From Candidatus Omnitrophota bacterium (GTDB lineage: Bacteria; Omnitrophota; Gorgyraeia; Duberdicusellales; 4484-171): DNA of 64,000 nt. This document shows, in pieces, positions 46,834 through 55,448 of the stretch (positions are counted from its first letter, which is position 1; each line of letters starts with the position of its first letter). The position numbers were made by a program, and so were the translations under genes. Location of the stretch: positions 2,324 through 66,323 of the forward strand of contig JAAEQW010000120.1 in the NCBI GenBank assembly GCA_024231025.1, given 5' to 3'. A model generated the notes under the pieces. The model was not told the DNA's origin. It searched no databases and saw nothing but the letters and a program-made list of their open reading frames with translations.

Positions 46834-47618
46834 GCGATCTCTCCTTTAAGTTGTGCTATTTTTTCGTAAAAATCTTTTTGAGTTAAGTCATTTCTTAAAA
46901 TATCCTCTACACTCGCTACATCATCTTCTCGATCTACACCCACTGTTCTCTGGGAGTATATTACTCCTCTTATTGAGTAGCCATGCTCTAAGATGCGTAA
47001 AAAATCGACTGACTCCACCACCTCTTTTGGCGTAGGATCAAGACGAGAAAATTTATGTAAAAATTCTTTAGTAAATGCCGATATGCCTGTTTGACGATAC
47101 ATAGGACATTTATCATCAACTCTAAAGTAAGGTATTGGCGATCTGGAAAAGTACATCACATCATTTTTATTATTGATCACTGCCTTAACAATATCAATAT
47201 CGTCCAAATCTGCCTTATCTTCAATGACTGATAACAGGTTTGTGCAAATCATTGAATCACACTCAAACATGGGCTTTACCAAAACCTCTAAAACCTGCGG
47301 ATCAAACAAGGGTTCATCACCCTGGACTATTACAACAATATCAGCATCCAGATCCATTGCCGCCTCATCAACCCTGTCAGTACAACGTTGGTGAGTATCT
47401 TTTGTCATAACAGCCTTACCACCGGAGTTGTTCACTACGTCAAAAATCTCTTTATCGCAAGTGGCAACATATGTTTGGTCTATCACCTTTGACAAAGATA
47501 CTCTTCTTCTTACATGTTCGATCATCGGCAGATCTAATATTTTTGCCAAAGGTTTACCTGGAAAACGCGAAGCAGCCATCCTGGCTGGTATTATTGCAAC
47601 AACTTTTTTCTTACTCAT
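46830..47618 (-). CDS. CMP-3-deoxy-ulosonic acid cytidylyltransferase (KdsB-like, CTP_transf_3 family), ~262 aa
   Basis: VVAIIPARMAASRFPGKPL matches the KdsB IIPAR..S.R.PGKPL motif. The ATG at 47618 overlaps the stop of the downstream SDR gene (ATGA). Confidence 0.7.
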   Translation of the reverse strand: MSKKKVVAIIPARMAASRFPGKPLAKILDLPMIEHVRRRVSLSKVIDQTYVATCDKEIFDVVNNSGGKAVMTKDTHQRCTDRVDEAAMDLDADIVVIVQGDEPLFDPQVLEVLVKPMFECDSMICTNLLSVIEDKADLDDIDIVKAVINNKNDVMYFSRSPIPYFRVDDKCPMYRQTGISAFTKEFLHKFSRLDPTPKEVVESVDFLRILEHGYSIRGVIYSQRTVGVDREDDVASVEDILRNDLTQKDFYEKIAQLKGEIA

Positions 47619-48364
47619 AATGGCATCACTCCACAATCAACATTTATTGATTGCCCGGTTATGGCTGAGCTTGAGTTTGAAGCTAAAAATAGACAGCTGT
47701 CGGCCACCTCTTTTGCCTGCGGCAAACGCTTTAAACCCGATTGAGATTTAGCAAAACTACTTAAGTAACTTTTAATATTTTTACCTGCCGTTGGTGACAC
47801 CTTACTTTTTAGAGCCTGCAGCAAACCTTTGGTCTCGATATACACCGGGCAAATTGCATTAACCCTTATTCCATCCTTACCCAGCTCCTTTGACAAAGCT
47901 TGAGTCAATCCGGTTACTCCAAATTTAGAAGCGCAATATACAGAGTTATTCGCGCTACCCCGACGACCAGCAAGGCTCGAAATATTTATTATAGCTCCAC
48001 CTTTATTCAAGCTCTGTGCTGCAACCTTACATCCTAAAAAAGTACCTTTTAAGTTAGTATCGATCATGGCATTCCAAAAATCATTAGTTACCTTGCCAAT
48101 CGGTGACCATTTAGAAAAACCTGCGCAGTTAATATAAACATCCAAGCGCTTGGTCCATTTTTTTGCTGACTGGACCACCTTTTGGTGATCACTCTCTTTG
48201 CGTACATCACACTTGATGAAGCGAACATCTTCACCCAACTCTCTTGACAACCCTGTGTCGGTGCGAGCAGCAACAACAACTCGATATCCGGCCTGTGCAA
48301 AGCTGCGAGTTATTTGGGCCCCTATACCCTTATTCCCGCCAGTAATAACTACAGTTTTTTTCAT
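47615..48364 (-). CDS. classical SDR oxidoreductase, 249 aa
   Basis: TGGNKGIG, NISS...YCASK (YxxxK). Confidence 0.85.
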   Translation of the reverse strand: MKKTVVITGGNKGIGAQITRSFAQAGYRVVVAARTDTGLSRELGEDVRFIKCDVRKESDHQKVVQSAKKWTKRLDVYINCAGFSKWSPIGKVTNDFWNAMIDTNLKGTFLGCKVAAQSLNKGGAIINISSLAGRRGSANNSVYCASKFGVTGLTQALSKELGKDGIRVNAICPVYIETKGLLQALKSKVSPTAGKNIKSYLSSFAKSQSGLKRLPQAKEVADSCLFLASNSSSAITGQSINVDCGVMPL

Positions 48365-48378
48365 TTATAAATCCTTTT

Positions 48379-49158
48379 TTAAATGGTCATACTTGAAAAT
48401 CCGCCATCAACAGCAATCTCAGCACCAGTAACAAAGCTTGCCGCATCAGAACATAGCCAAATAACAGCTCCAATAAGCTCTGAGGGCTTCCCGTAACGCT
48501 TCATAGCCGTATGCCCCAAAATCGCTGCTTCTCTTTCTTTTGTGATAAAATTCTTTTTACTCCACTCTGTGGGAAAAAATCCTGGACGAAGAGCATTGAC
48601 TCTAACACCCTTGGTTGCCCATTCACGAGCTATATTTTGCGTAATATTTTTAACACCAGACTTAGCCACTGAATATGCAAAAGCCTTTGATAGTGGCGGC
48701 CCGGCTGATGCTGAAGAAATATTTATAATTGATCCACTGCCATTTTTAAGCATATGCTCTCCAAAAACCTGACAGCCTAAAAAAGTACCGGTTAAATGAA
48801 CTTCTATTATGGAATTCCATTCATCCAGTGGTATATCTAAAAATGGTGTAGGAGCATTAATGCCTGCGCCGTTTATCAAGATATCCACCTTACCAAACTC
48901 TAGGCTTGCCTTATCAAGAACTTGAGCATGCTCTTCTTTTGTAGTAACCCCGCTTACCACTCCAACGACTTTACCACCGTCTTTTTTAATTTCACTGACC
49001 TTTTCATCAACTCTCTTTTTATCATTGTCGACTATCACCACAGATACCCCTGACTTGGCTAAGGCACAGGCCATTGTGCCGCAAAGAAATCCCCCGCCAC
49101 CGGTTATAACTGCAACCTTGTCTTTAACGGTAAAAAGTTCTCCAACATATTCTGACAT
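48379..49158 (-). CDS. classical SDR oxidoreductase, 259 aa
   Basis: VITGGGGFLCGTMA, YSVAK. Confidence 0.85.
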   Translation of the reverse strand: MSEYVGELFTVKDKVAVITGGGGFLCGTMACALAKSGVSVVIVDNDKKRVDEKVSEIKKDGGKVVGVVSGVTTKEEHAQVLDKASLEFGKVDILINGAGINAPTPFLDIPLDEWNSIIEVHLTGTFLGCQVFGEHMLKNGSGSIINISSASAGPPLSKAFAYSVAKSGVKNITQNIAREWATKGVRVNALRPGFFPTEWSKKNFITKEREAAILGHTAMKRYGKPSELIGAVIWLCSDAASFVTGAEIAVDGGFSSMTI

Positions 49159-49171
49159 AATTAAACTCCCC

Positions 49172-49807
49172 TTAATTATTTAACAAAAAATTTTGAACTT
49201 GGGCCATGTTATTAAATATTGGAACATCGTCTCTACCAAATGGTTTCTTGCTATCGCGACCAATAAAGAATGTTTCTGTATCTTGCGCACTCTTTAAATC
49301 CTCAGGTGTATCGCCAATAAAAACCATATCGCCCAGAGAAACGCCTTCTCGCCCTGCAATATCTTTTAAAGTATCAACTTTAACCCAGGGATAGGCATAA
49401 ACATCTTTAAAATACTTGGCAATGCCTCGCTTATTAAGTATGCGCATAAATTCATCTTTTGGATTAACTGTAGCAATATACATCGGAACCTTATCATAAA
49501 AATAATCTAAAAAATCCATTGCCCCATCAACATAGGGGCAAGCTATGATAGATTTTAAAACATAGTCCGAATATTGCGCACACATTTGATCTTCTAGCTG
49601 TTGAGTATATGTTTTATTCAGAATATGCTCAGTTATATATTTAAATTTTGTATACCTTATAGTTGCGTTGTTGGCAAGATGATAGCGCATTATCTCATCT
49701 ATCTTATCAGGATAATTTTTAAAAAGATCTTCGAAAGCCTTATCCTTTATACCAACAGACTCAACCAAAGTACCGTCAAAGTCTAAAGCTATAACCTTAA
49801 ATTGCAT
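49172..49807 (-). CDS. HAD-superfamily phosphatase, 211 aa
   Basis: Motif I IALDFDGTLV (DxDGT) and FIGDTPED (motif IV). Confidence 0.75.
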   Translation of the reverse strand: MQFKVIALDFDGTLVESVGIKDKAFEDLFKNYPDKIDEIMRYHLANNATIRYTKFKYITEHILNKTYTQQLEDQMCAQYSDYVLKSIIACPYVDGAMDFLDYFYDKVPMYIATVNPKDEFMRILNKRGIAKYFKDVYAYPWVKVDTLKDIAGREGVSLGDMVFIGDTPEDLKSAQDTETFFIGRDSKKPFGRDDVPIFNNMAQVQNFLLNN

Positions 49808-49808
49808 A

Positions 49809-50588
49809 TTAACTTACTATTCCTTGCATCTTCTTACCCCACTCTAACAAAATAAAAATATCAGATGCCAAAACCACAAATGTGTACCCTTGATCAAATT
49901 TTTCACAAACACTTTTTTTACAAGGAGTTATATCCTGGGTTCCACACCCCTTGCCAAACTTTTTACAAGCATCAATTACCCGACCGGCTGCTTTTTTAAC
50001 CTTAGCATGCTCAATCTGCCCTGGTATCCCTAATGATCCTGATATATCATAAGGACCGATCATTACTCCATCAATAGCATCAACCGAAAGTATCTTATCA
50101 ATATTATCTACCGCGGTTATTGACTCTATCTGCACGATTAAAAACCCCGACTCATTCCAATCATTAATATACTGGTCAAAATCAAACCCATAACCTTGGG
50201 CACGAGAGATGCCAAATCCACGAATACCCTGTGGCGGATACTGCATCCACGAAGCTATCTCTCTTGCTTGGCTTGCAGTTTCAACCATTGGGACAATAAG
50301 ACCGTCGGCTCCAGAATCAAGCAGACGTTTGATCATCTCCATATTGTGCGTAGCTACTCTCGGCAAGCATAATGAGCCGCCGGATTGGCTTGCAGCAATA
50401 ATCCTCTGGGACTGCTCCTGGCTAATTGTACTATGTTCAATGTCAATTCCTATAAAATCAACACCAATCTTAGCGAACATTTCGGTAACCGATGGGTGGG
50501 CCAGAGACGTCCAAGCCGCAAACATGGTTTTACGACTTCTTAACTTGCCCTTAAGCTCGAATCTCTTCTGATTTAATTTTTTGGTCAT
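49809..50588 (-). CDS. HpcH/HpaI-family class II pyruvate aldolase (2-keto-3-deoxy-sugar-acid aldolase family), 259 aa
   Basis: GVDFIGIDIEH, GADGLIVPMVETA, YPPQGIRGFG and LIVQIES are the conserved HpcH/HpaI blocks. Confidence 0.85.
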   Translation of the reverse strand: MTKKLNQKRFELKGKLRSRKTMFAAWTSLAHPSVTEMFAKIGVDFIGIDIEHSTISQEQSQRIIAASQSGGSLCLPRVATHNMEMIKRLLDSGADGLIVPMVETASQAREIASWMQYPPQGIRGFGISRAQGYGFDFDQYINDWNESGFLIVQIESITAVDNIDKILSVDAIDGVMIGPYDISGSLGIPGQIEHAKVKKAAGRVIDACKKFGKGCGTQDITPCKKSVCEKFDQGYTFVVLASDIFILLEWGKKMQGIVS

Positions 50589-51270
50589 TGTTTACCTCTG
50601 ATTTTGCTGCATCATTTAAAAACATTTGCACCGTCTCTTTAGTATACGGATGCACAATCATCCCCTCAACTAACTTAGGTAACGCAGTTACAATATGAGC
50701 GCCAGCGTGCAACCACTCAATAATATTGAGAACTTCGCGAGTTGAGCCAATTATAATCTTTGCCTTCAGCTGAAAGTCGTCGAGAAGTTTGCGTAATTTT
50801 TTAATCTCTTCGATTGAGCTATAACCCATGTTGTTAACCCGGCCACCGAACAAAGAAACATAAGTAGCTCCTGCCATAGCTGCCACAAAGCATTGTTGCG
50901 CACTCATCATTGCTGTCACATTAACCCGAACGTTATGCATTGTCTCAAGCTCATGCACAACAGCTAAGTTATCCAACTCACCATTGGGGCCATGCACAGT
51001 AATCTTCACATTGATATTCTCGGCAAGAGAAGCAAAATACTTACCTTGAGCGATCATCTCTTTGCGATCGTTGGTTGTAACCTCAATAGAAAGCGGATAA
51101 GGATGAATAAGCTCCGCGATCTGGACTGCCACCTTTTCTACGGCGGCGATACCGCCGCGAACACCATCTTTAAGTAAAATCGTTGGATTAGTGGTAACTC
51201 CTCGAATTACCCCTAACTCATGAAACTTTTTGATGTCCTCTAACTTTCCTGTGTCTAAAAATATTGCCAT
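50551..51270 (-). CDS. transaldolase-family protein of fructose-6-phosphate aldolase / TalC type, 239 aa
   Basis: MAIFLDTGKLEDIKKFHELGVIRGVTTNPTIL matches the FSA/TalC N-terminus (LDTANV...GVTTNPSI) and the ~220-aa size class. Confidence 0.85.
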   Translation of the reverse strand: MAIFLDTGKLEDIKKFHELGVIRGVTTNPTILLKDGVRGGIAAVEKVAVQIAELIHPYPLSIEVTTNDRKEMIAQGKYFASLAENINVKITVHGPNGELDNLAVVHELETMHNVRVNVTAMMSAQQCFVAAMAGATYVSLFGGRVNNMGYSSIEEIKKLRKLLDDFQLKAKIIIGSTREVLNIIEWLHAGAHIVTALPKLVEGMIVHPYTKETVQMFLNDAAKSEVNNDQKIKSEEIRA

Positions 51271-51292
51271 AACAAACCTCCTCTAAAAATTT

Positions 51293-51898
51293 TTACTTCG
51301 CCGATAAAGTAGTCTCCCACTTATTACCCATAACCATTACTCGTGGATCAGAAACAATCATATGCCAAATAATAGCCTGAAAAGCTTCTGCCTGTGGGGT
51401 TAACATATTAGGCTGCGAAGCCGGCATCACAATACAAACATCCGCAACTTTTGGCGTATAACCGCCGGTTCTACCTACAATACCAAAAATCTTTGCCTTT
51501 TGTGATTGAGCGTACTCTAAAGCTTCAACGATATTGGTACTAATATTTTTCTCCTTATTGCCTCCGCCTACAGAAAATACCATAATGCCATCATTAGCGT
51601 TTAGCCTACTTCCCTTAAGCCATCCGCTAAAAATTGTGCTCCATCCTTCATCGTTAGCTCGAGCCGTAAGCTCAGCTACATTATCCACAGGCGAGTAAGC
51701 CTCAAAACCACCAATTTTACGAAAATCGTTTACCGCATGGGCACAGTTAGCTGCACTGCCACCTACGCCGATAAAAAATAGTCGTCCACCTTTTTTGCGT
51801 ATATCCAGCAATAAGGCAATCATCTCTTCCAATTGATCCCTGTCAACCGCGTTCAGGATATCCACGATACTTTTTAAATAATCATTTGCATACGACAT
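51293..51898 (-). CDS. SIS-domain sugar-phosphate isomerase, GmhA (sedoheptulose-7-P isomerase)-like, ~202 aa
   Basis: RLFFIGVGGSAANCAHAVNDF...GIMVFSVGGG are SIS signatures. The start ATG at 51898 has GGAGG 7 nt upstream. The track's longer ORF to 52063 would overlap the upstream gene and lacks an RBS. Confidence 0.7.
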   Translation of the reverse strand: MSYANDYLKSIVDILNAVDRDQLEEMIALLLDIRKKGGRLFFIGVGGSAANCAHAVNDFRKIGGFEAYSPVDNVAELTARANDEGWSTIFSGWLKGSRLNANDGIMVFSVGGGNKEKNISTNIVEALEYAQSQKAKIFGIVGRTGGYTPKVADVCIVMPASQPNMLTPQAEAFQAIIWHMIVSDPRVMVMGNKWETTLSAK

Positions 51899-51911
51899 AG
51901 TATAGCCTCCT

Positions 51912-52859
51912 TCAATTACTACCATTAGCCAACCGCGCCAAGCGATGTTGTGCTGGCCCATCATATAAATAATAGGCTGGTGGCATGCACTTATAGTATT
52001 TTTGTTGCCATGGGCACAATTCATCAACGATAATTTCATCATCGCTTCTCCATGGATAATCAAAAAAACGCGTCACTGTACCATCCGGCAGCATTTTTTC
52101 TACTCGATTGCAACAATATATATACGGATTAATGATCTTGGATGCGCGCAAAATACGAAAATATTGATCAATAATTTCAGGATTCATCTCCTGGAATGAA
52201 GCAATATTAGCAGCTAAACCAATAGGGCTGCCTGATAGCAATTCGCAGTTATCTGCCTGCAATGCAATAACCGAAACTTTTTTATCGCGAAGAGCTAATT
52301 GCATTTGATCTGCATTTTCGACCAAAGCCAACGATACACCTTTATTTGCCTTCAAGATACACGCTATATCTACCGCTAAAACTGGGGTTAAATTAACACA
52401 AATTATCTTAGTAATTTTGTTGCTCGGCAAGCAAGATAACAACATATTTGTCAAATTAGCGAACCCATCGCCAATTATACAAATATTGCCAGATAATTCA
52501 TTTAAACTTATCTTCTCCATCAGAAACGCCAAAGTCAAAGCCTGACGCAACTGATCAAGGTCAAAACATCTCCCCTGTTTTTTTGCAATCGCTTTACCGC
52601 TCTTGCAAATTTCTTGAATAAGATTCTTTTGTCCCCATCGATAATATGGCTTTTGCATCAAATGATGTACAAAATTAATAGAAAAATTATACTTTCTGTT
52701 ACCGCCAAAACCCTTCATTCCAGAAAAATTTCCATCATTAAAAGAAAAATCTTTCAAATAAAACTGCCAGTGAGAAGACCGCCCTTCCTCTAAATTATTC
52801 GCCAAAACTGCCAGTCGTGATATTGCTTCATCATTAAATTTTAATTGATCGGTAATCAC
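51912..52859 (-). CDS. hypothetical protein, 315 aa, possibly a Rossmann/methyltransferase-like fold
   Basis: NICIIGDGFANLTNML resembles a SAM motif I but is not diagnostic. Confidence 0.3.
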   Translation of the reverse strand: MITDQLKFNDEAISRLAVLANNLEEGRSSHWQFYLKDFSFNDGNFSGMKGFGGNRKYNFSINFVHHLMQKPYYRWGQKNLIQEICKSGKAIAKKQGRCFDLDQLRQALTLAFLMEKISLNELSGNICIIGDGFANLTNMLLSCLPSNKITKIICVNLTPVLAVDIACILKANKGVSLALVENADQMQLALRDKKVSVIALQADNCELLSGSPIGLAANIASFQEMNPEIIDQYFRILRASKIINPYIYCCNRVEKMLPDGTVTRFFDYPWRSDDEIIVDELCPWQQKYYKCMPPAYYLYDGPAQHRLARLANGSN

Positions 52860-52874
52860 CGTGGATACCTCCTT

Positions 52875-53888
52875 TTAGCCATTTTTCCTTATAACGATTC
52901 GTGCATAAGAACTTAACAAATTCGTCTGCAAAAACTCCTGAAAAGCCTGCCGAACAGAGTCGTCACCATCAACAATCATATTTTGCACAAATTTCGGCAA
53001 GGTAACATCAGGATTACGCCCCGCAGTGGCTTTAACATTTTCAACATCAAGAATGCCTGGAGTACTAAATTCCAAACATTCAAAGTTATGCCGAGTAAAT
53101 AAATTACGAAAGCCCTTTACGGAAAAAACATTAAGTCTATCCGGAGCAAATAAGTTTTCCGACTTATCCCAAAGTACTTGAAAATCAAAACCAGACGCTA
53201 AAATTGAAGTGATGAAACAAATTCCGCCAGGTTGGAGCATTTGACTCACTTTTTGGAAAAGTAAATTTATATCTGAGGTATGATCGCAAACTTCAAAAAG
53301 TGAAACAACATCAACATCACCTTCAAGCTCAATGCTATCTAGGCCTTTATCAACTATACTAAGATCTTTTTTTTCTGAATTAATTTGCAGAAAAGGGTTT
53401 ATCAATGTTTTCCGATCAAAAACTTGAGATTTCTCTATCGCTTCAATATAGACTTCTTGATCAGTATTTATATCGACATAGTGTTTTTGATTATCTAAAT
53501 ACTCTAAGGTAGAGTCTTCAATCCAAGCGAATCGTGGGTTTACAATCTTATTCTTACGAGTCTTATCCGTAGAGCGAGTGAGCCTTTCGCGCCATAGAAT
53601 GCGTGCCGGCGATTCCCTATAGTAACGAACAATATCGTTATCCGCCGGCCGCGGAGATATGTAAAGCGTACCGCAATTCTCACACTCATTATATTTTAAA
53701 CCGAACTTCTCAAAAGTTGTAGAAACCTGCTGACTTCCGCAGCCGGGACAGGTACATTTATTAAGTTCGCTATTGGTCAAGAAAAAACTCTGGATACTTT
53801 CGGCAGTAAGCTTAACATAGTCGTTAAACATCTCTGCTGGTTTTAGATCAACACCATTATACCGATCAAAAATAACAACACTTTTCAC
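52875..53888 (-). CDS. class I SAM-dependent methyltransferase with N-terminal Cys4 zinc ribbon, 337 aa
   Basis: CPGCG...CENCG, followed by a Rossmann-type methyltransferase core (LQPGGICFITS). Confidence 0.5.
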   Translation of the reverse strand: MKSVVIFDRYNGVDLKPAEMFNDYVKLTAESIQSFFLTNSELNKCTCPGCGSQQVSTTFEKFGLKYNECENCGTLYISPRPADNDIVRYYRESPARILWRERLTRSTDKTRKNKIVNPRFAWIEDSTLEYLDNQKHYVDINTDQEVYIEAIEKSQVFDRKTLINPFLQINSEKKDLSIVDKGLDSIELEGDVDVVSLFEVCDHTSDINLLFQKVSQMLQPGGICFITSILASGFDFQVLWDKSENLFAPDRLNVFSVKGFRNLFTRHNFECLEFSTPGILDVENVKATAGRNPDVTLPKFVQNMIVDGDDSVRQAFQEFLQTNLLSSYARIVIRKNG

Positions 53889-54910
53889 TTATAAACCTCC
53901 TGGTATGTTTGAGAATCAATGTAGGCTTTCTCAATAATCTTCATTACCTTTAATGCATCCTGTGATGAACTAATATCAACTGTTTTATCCTGATCAATGC
54001 AATCTAAGAACTCTTTAACCTCTAAATCCCAAGAGAGATCGCGATCAAAATGAGTGATCTCTTCCTCAGGATTACCCACAGCGTAAGCTTCATCCTCAAA
54101 CTGACGTTTACCCAAGATTAACCGCTCACGGCCATAGCTACCGCTCTTTGAAAGAAGACCCTCTACCGTCGCGTATCCTTCCTCTAAAATCATTTCCAAT
54201 TTAAAAGTATGCTTCCATAAAGTAGCAGAAGAGTGTAGCGAAGCTGTCTGACCGCTTTTGTTTTTCATAATCATGTGAGCGTTGTCTTCGATAGCAAACT
54301 TCCAAAAGGAGTTACTAGTAAAACACTTAACTTGTTCAAAATCATTACAAAAATAAAGAAACAAATCTAGCATGTGAATACCCTGGTCGAGCAAAATTCC
54401 ACCCCCGGAAACACTACGATCATTACGCCAGGAGCTGGGAAAATTTTTGCCACCAGATTTACCATAAACACCTCTGAGAGATACTATATCCCCAAGTCTG
54501 CCACTATTAATAATCGCTCTAGCCTTTATGATTCCTGGATGGAAACGATGATTAAAGCCAAACATTAGCTTTATTTTTTTATTACGCTTTTCGCTTTTTA
54601 TAATATCTTCTATATCTTTTACATCGCGACCAGGCGGTTTTTCGCAAAAAATATGCTTACCGGCATTCATCCCGGCTATACACAACTCAGGCGAAGAAGA
54701 GTTAGGCGTACAAACAAAAACTATGTCTAAAACATCTTTAAAGATATCCTCAGCTTTATCATAAAGCCTGCAACCCGTAATTTTACTACGTATTTGGGAA
54801 TTAACCTCAAAAATGCCAACAAGCTCCAAGCAAGGATTAGCCTCAATAACCTTTCTTCTAATCTCTCCCATATAACCATAACCGATAATCGCTGCTTTCT
54901 TAACTTTCAT
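53885..54910 (-). CDS. Gfo/Idh/MocA-family NAD(P)-dependent sugar oxidoreductase, 341 aa
   Basis: KAAIIGYGYMG...VFVCTPNSSSPELCIAGMNAGKHIFCEKP is the N-terminal Rossmann domain with the EKP motif. Confidence 0.85.
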   Translation of the reverse strand: MKVKKAAIIGYGYMGEIRRKVIEANPCLELVGIFEVNSQIRSKITGCRLYDKAEDIFKDVLDIVFVCTPNSSSPELCIAGMNAGKHIFCEKPPGRDVKDIEDIIKSEKRNKKIKLMFGFNHRFHPGIIKARAIINSGRLGDIVSLRGVYGKSGGKNFPSSWRNDRSVSGGGILLDQGIHMLDLFLYFCNDFEQVKCFTSNSFWKFAIEDNAHMIMKNKSGQTASLHSSATLWKHTFKLEMILEEGYATVEGLLSKSGSYGRERLILGKRQFEDEAYAVGNPEEEITHFDRDLSWDLEVKEFLDCIDQDKTVDISSSQDALKVMKIIEKAYIDSQTYQEVYK

Positions 54911-55448
54911 TCAAAACCACCTCTGTTCTTTTCATCACATAATCAACCAACTTTTTAACCGATTCTGCTGCTGTTTCTTTTTCCGAATCTATTATTAGGT
55001 CCGGCATTGTCGGCGCCTCATAATCCACTCCACCAAAACCGATTAGATCGATTATTTCGCGATCTTTAGCTTTACAATACAAGCCCTTCACATCACGTTG
55101 GGTTACGCAACCTAAGCCAGCGCTAAAATAAATTTCATAAAAATTGGGTGCTAGCTTAGAGCAAGCATCGCTACGGGATACTTTAAACGGCGATATTATA
55201 GGTACCATGATGACATCATAGCTATCTTTATTTTCTTCACAAATTAAAGTAATCAAACGATTATTCTCTTTGATATCTTCCGGAGTAAAGCTCAAATGCT
55301 GGTGATACCTTTCTCGTACCTGATCGCCGTCTACGATAAATGTCATCAGACCTTTCTTTTCTAAAACTTTAGCCGCCTGCACGGCAACGGTTGTTTTGCC
55401 TGAACCGGAAAGCCCCGTAAACCAAAAAATGTTAGAGTTTTTTTTCAT
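54900..55448 (-). CDS. cysC: adenylylsulfate (APS) kinase, 182 aa
   Basis: FWFTGLSGSGKTTVA P-loop and the FIVDGDQVR segment match APS kinase. Confidence 0.9.
   Translation of the reverse strand: MKKNSNIFWFTGLSGSGKTTVAVQAAKVLEKKGLMTFIVDGDQVRERYHQHLSFTPEDIKENNRLITLICEENKDSYDVIMVPIISPFKVSRSDACSKLAPNFYEIYFSAGLGCVTQRDVKGLYCKAKDREIIDLIGFGGVDYEAPTMPDLIIDSEKETAAESVKKLVDYVMKRTEVVLNES

Noticed and set aside
51899-52063. Track's 5' extension of the SIS-domain ORF to 52063
   Set aside because: The extension overlaps the upstream gene by ~150 nt and has no RBS. The internal ATG at 51898 has GGAGG 7 nt upstream and gives a GmhA-sized protein.
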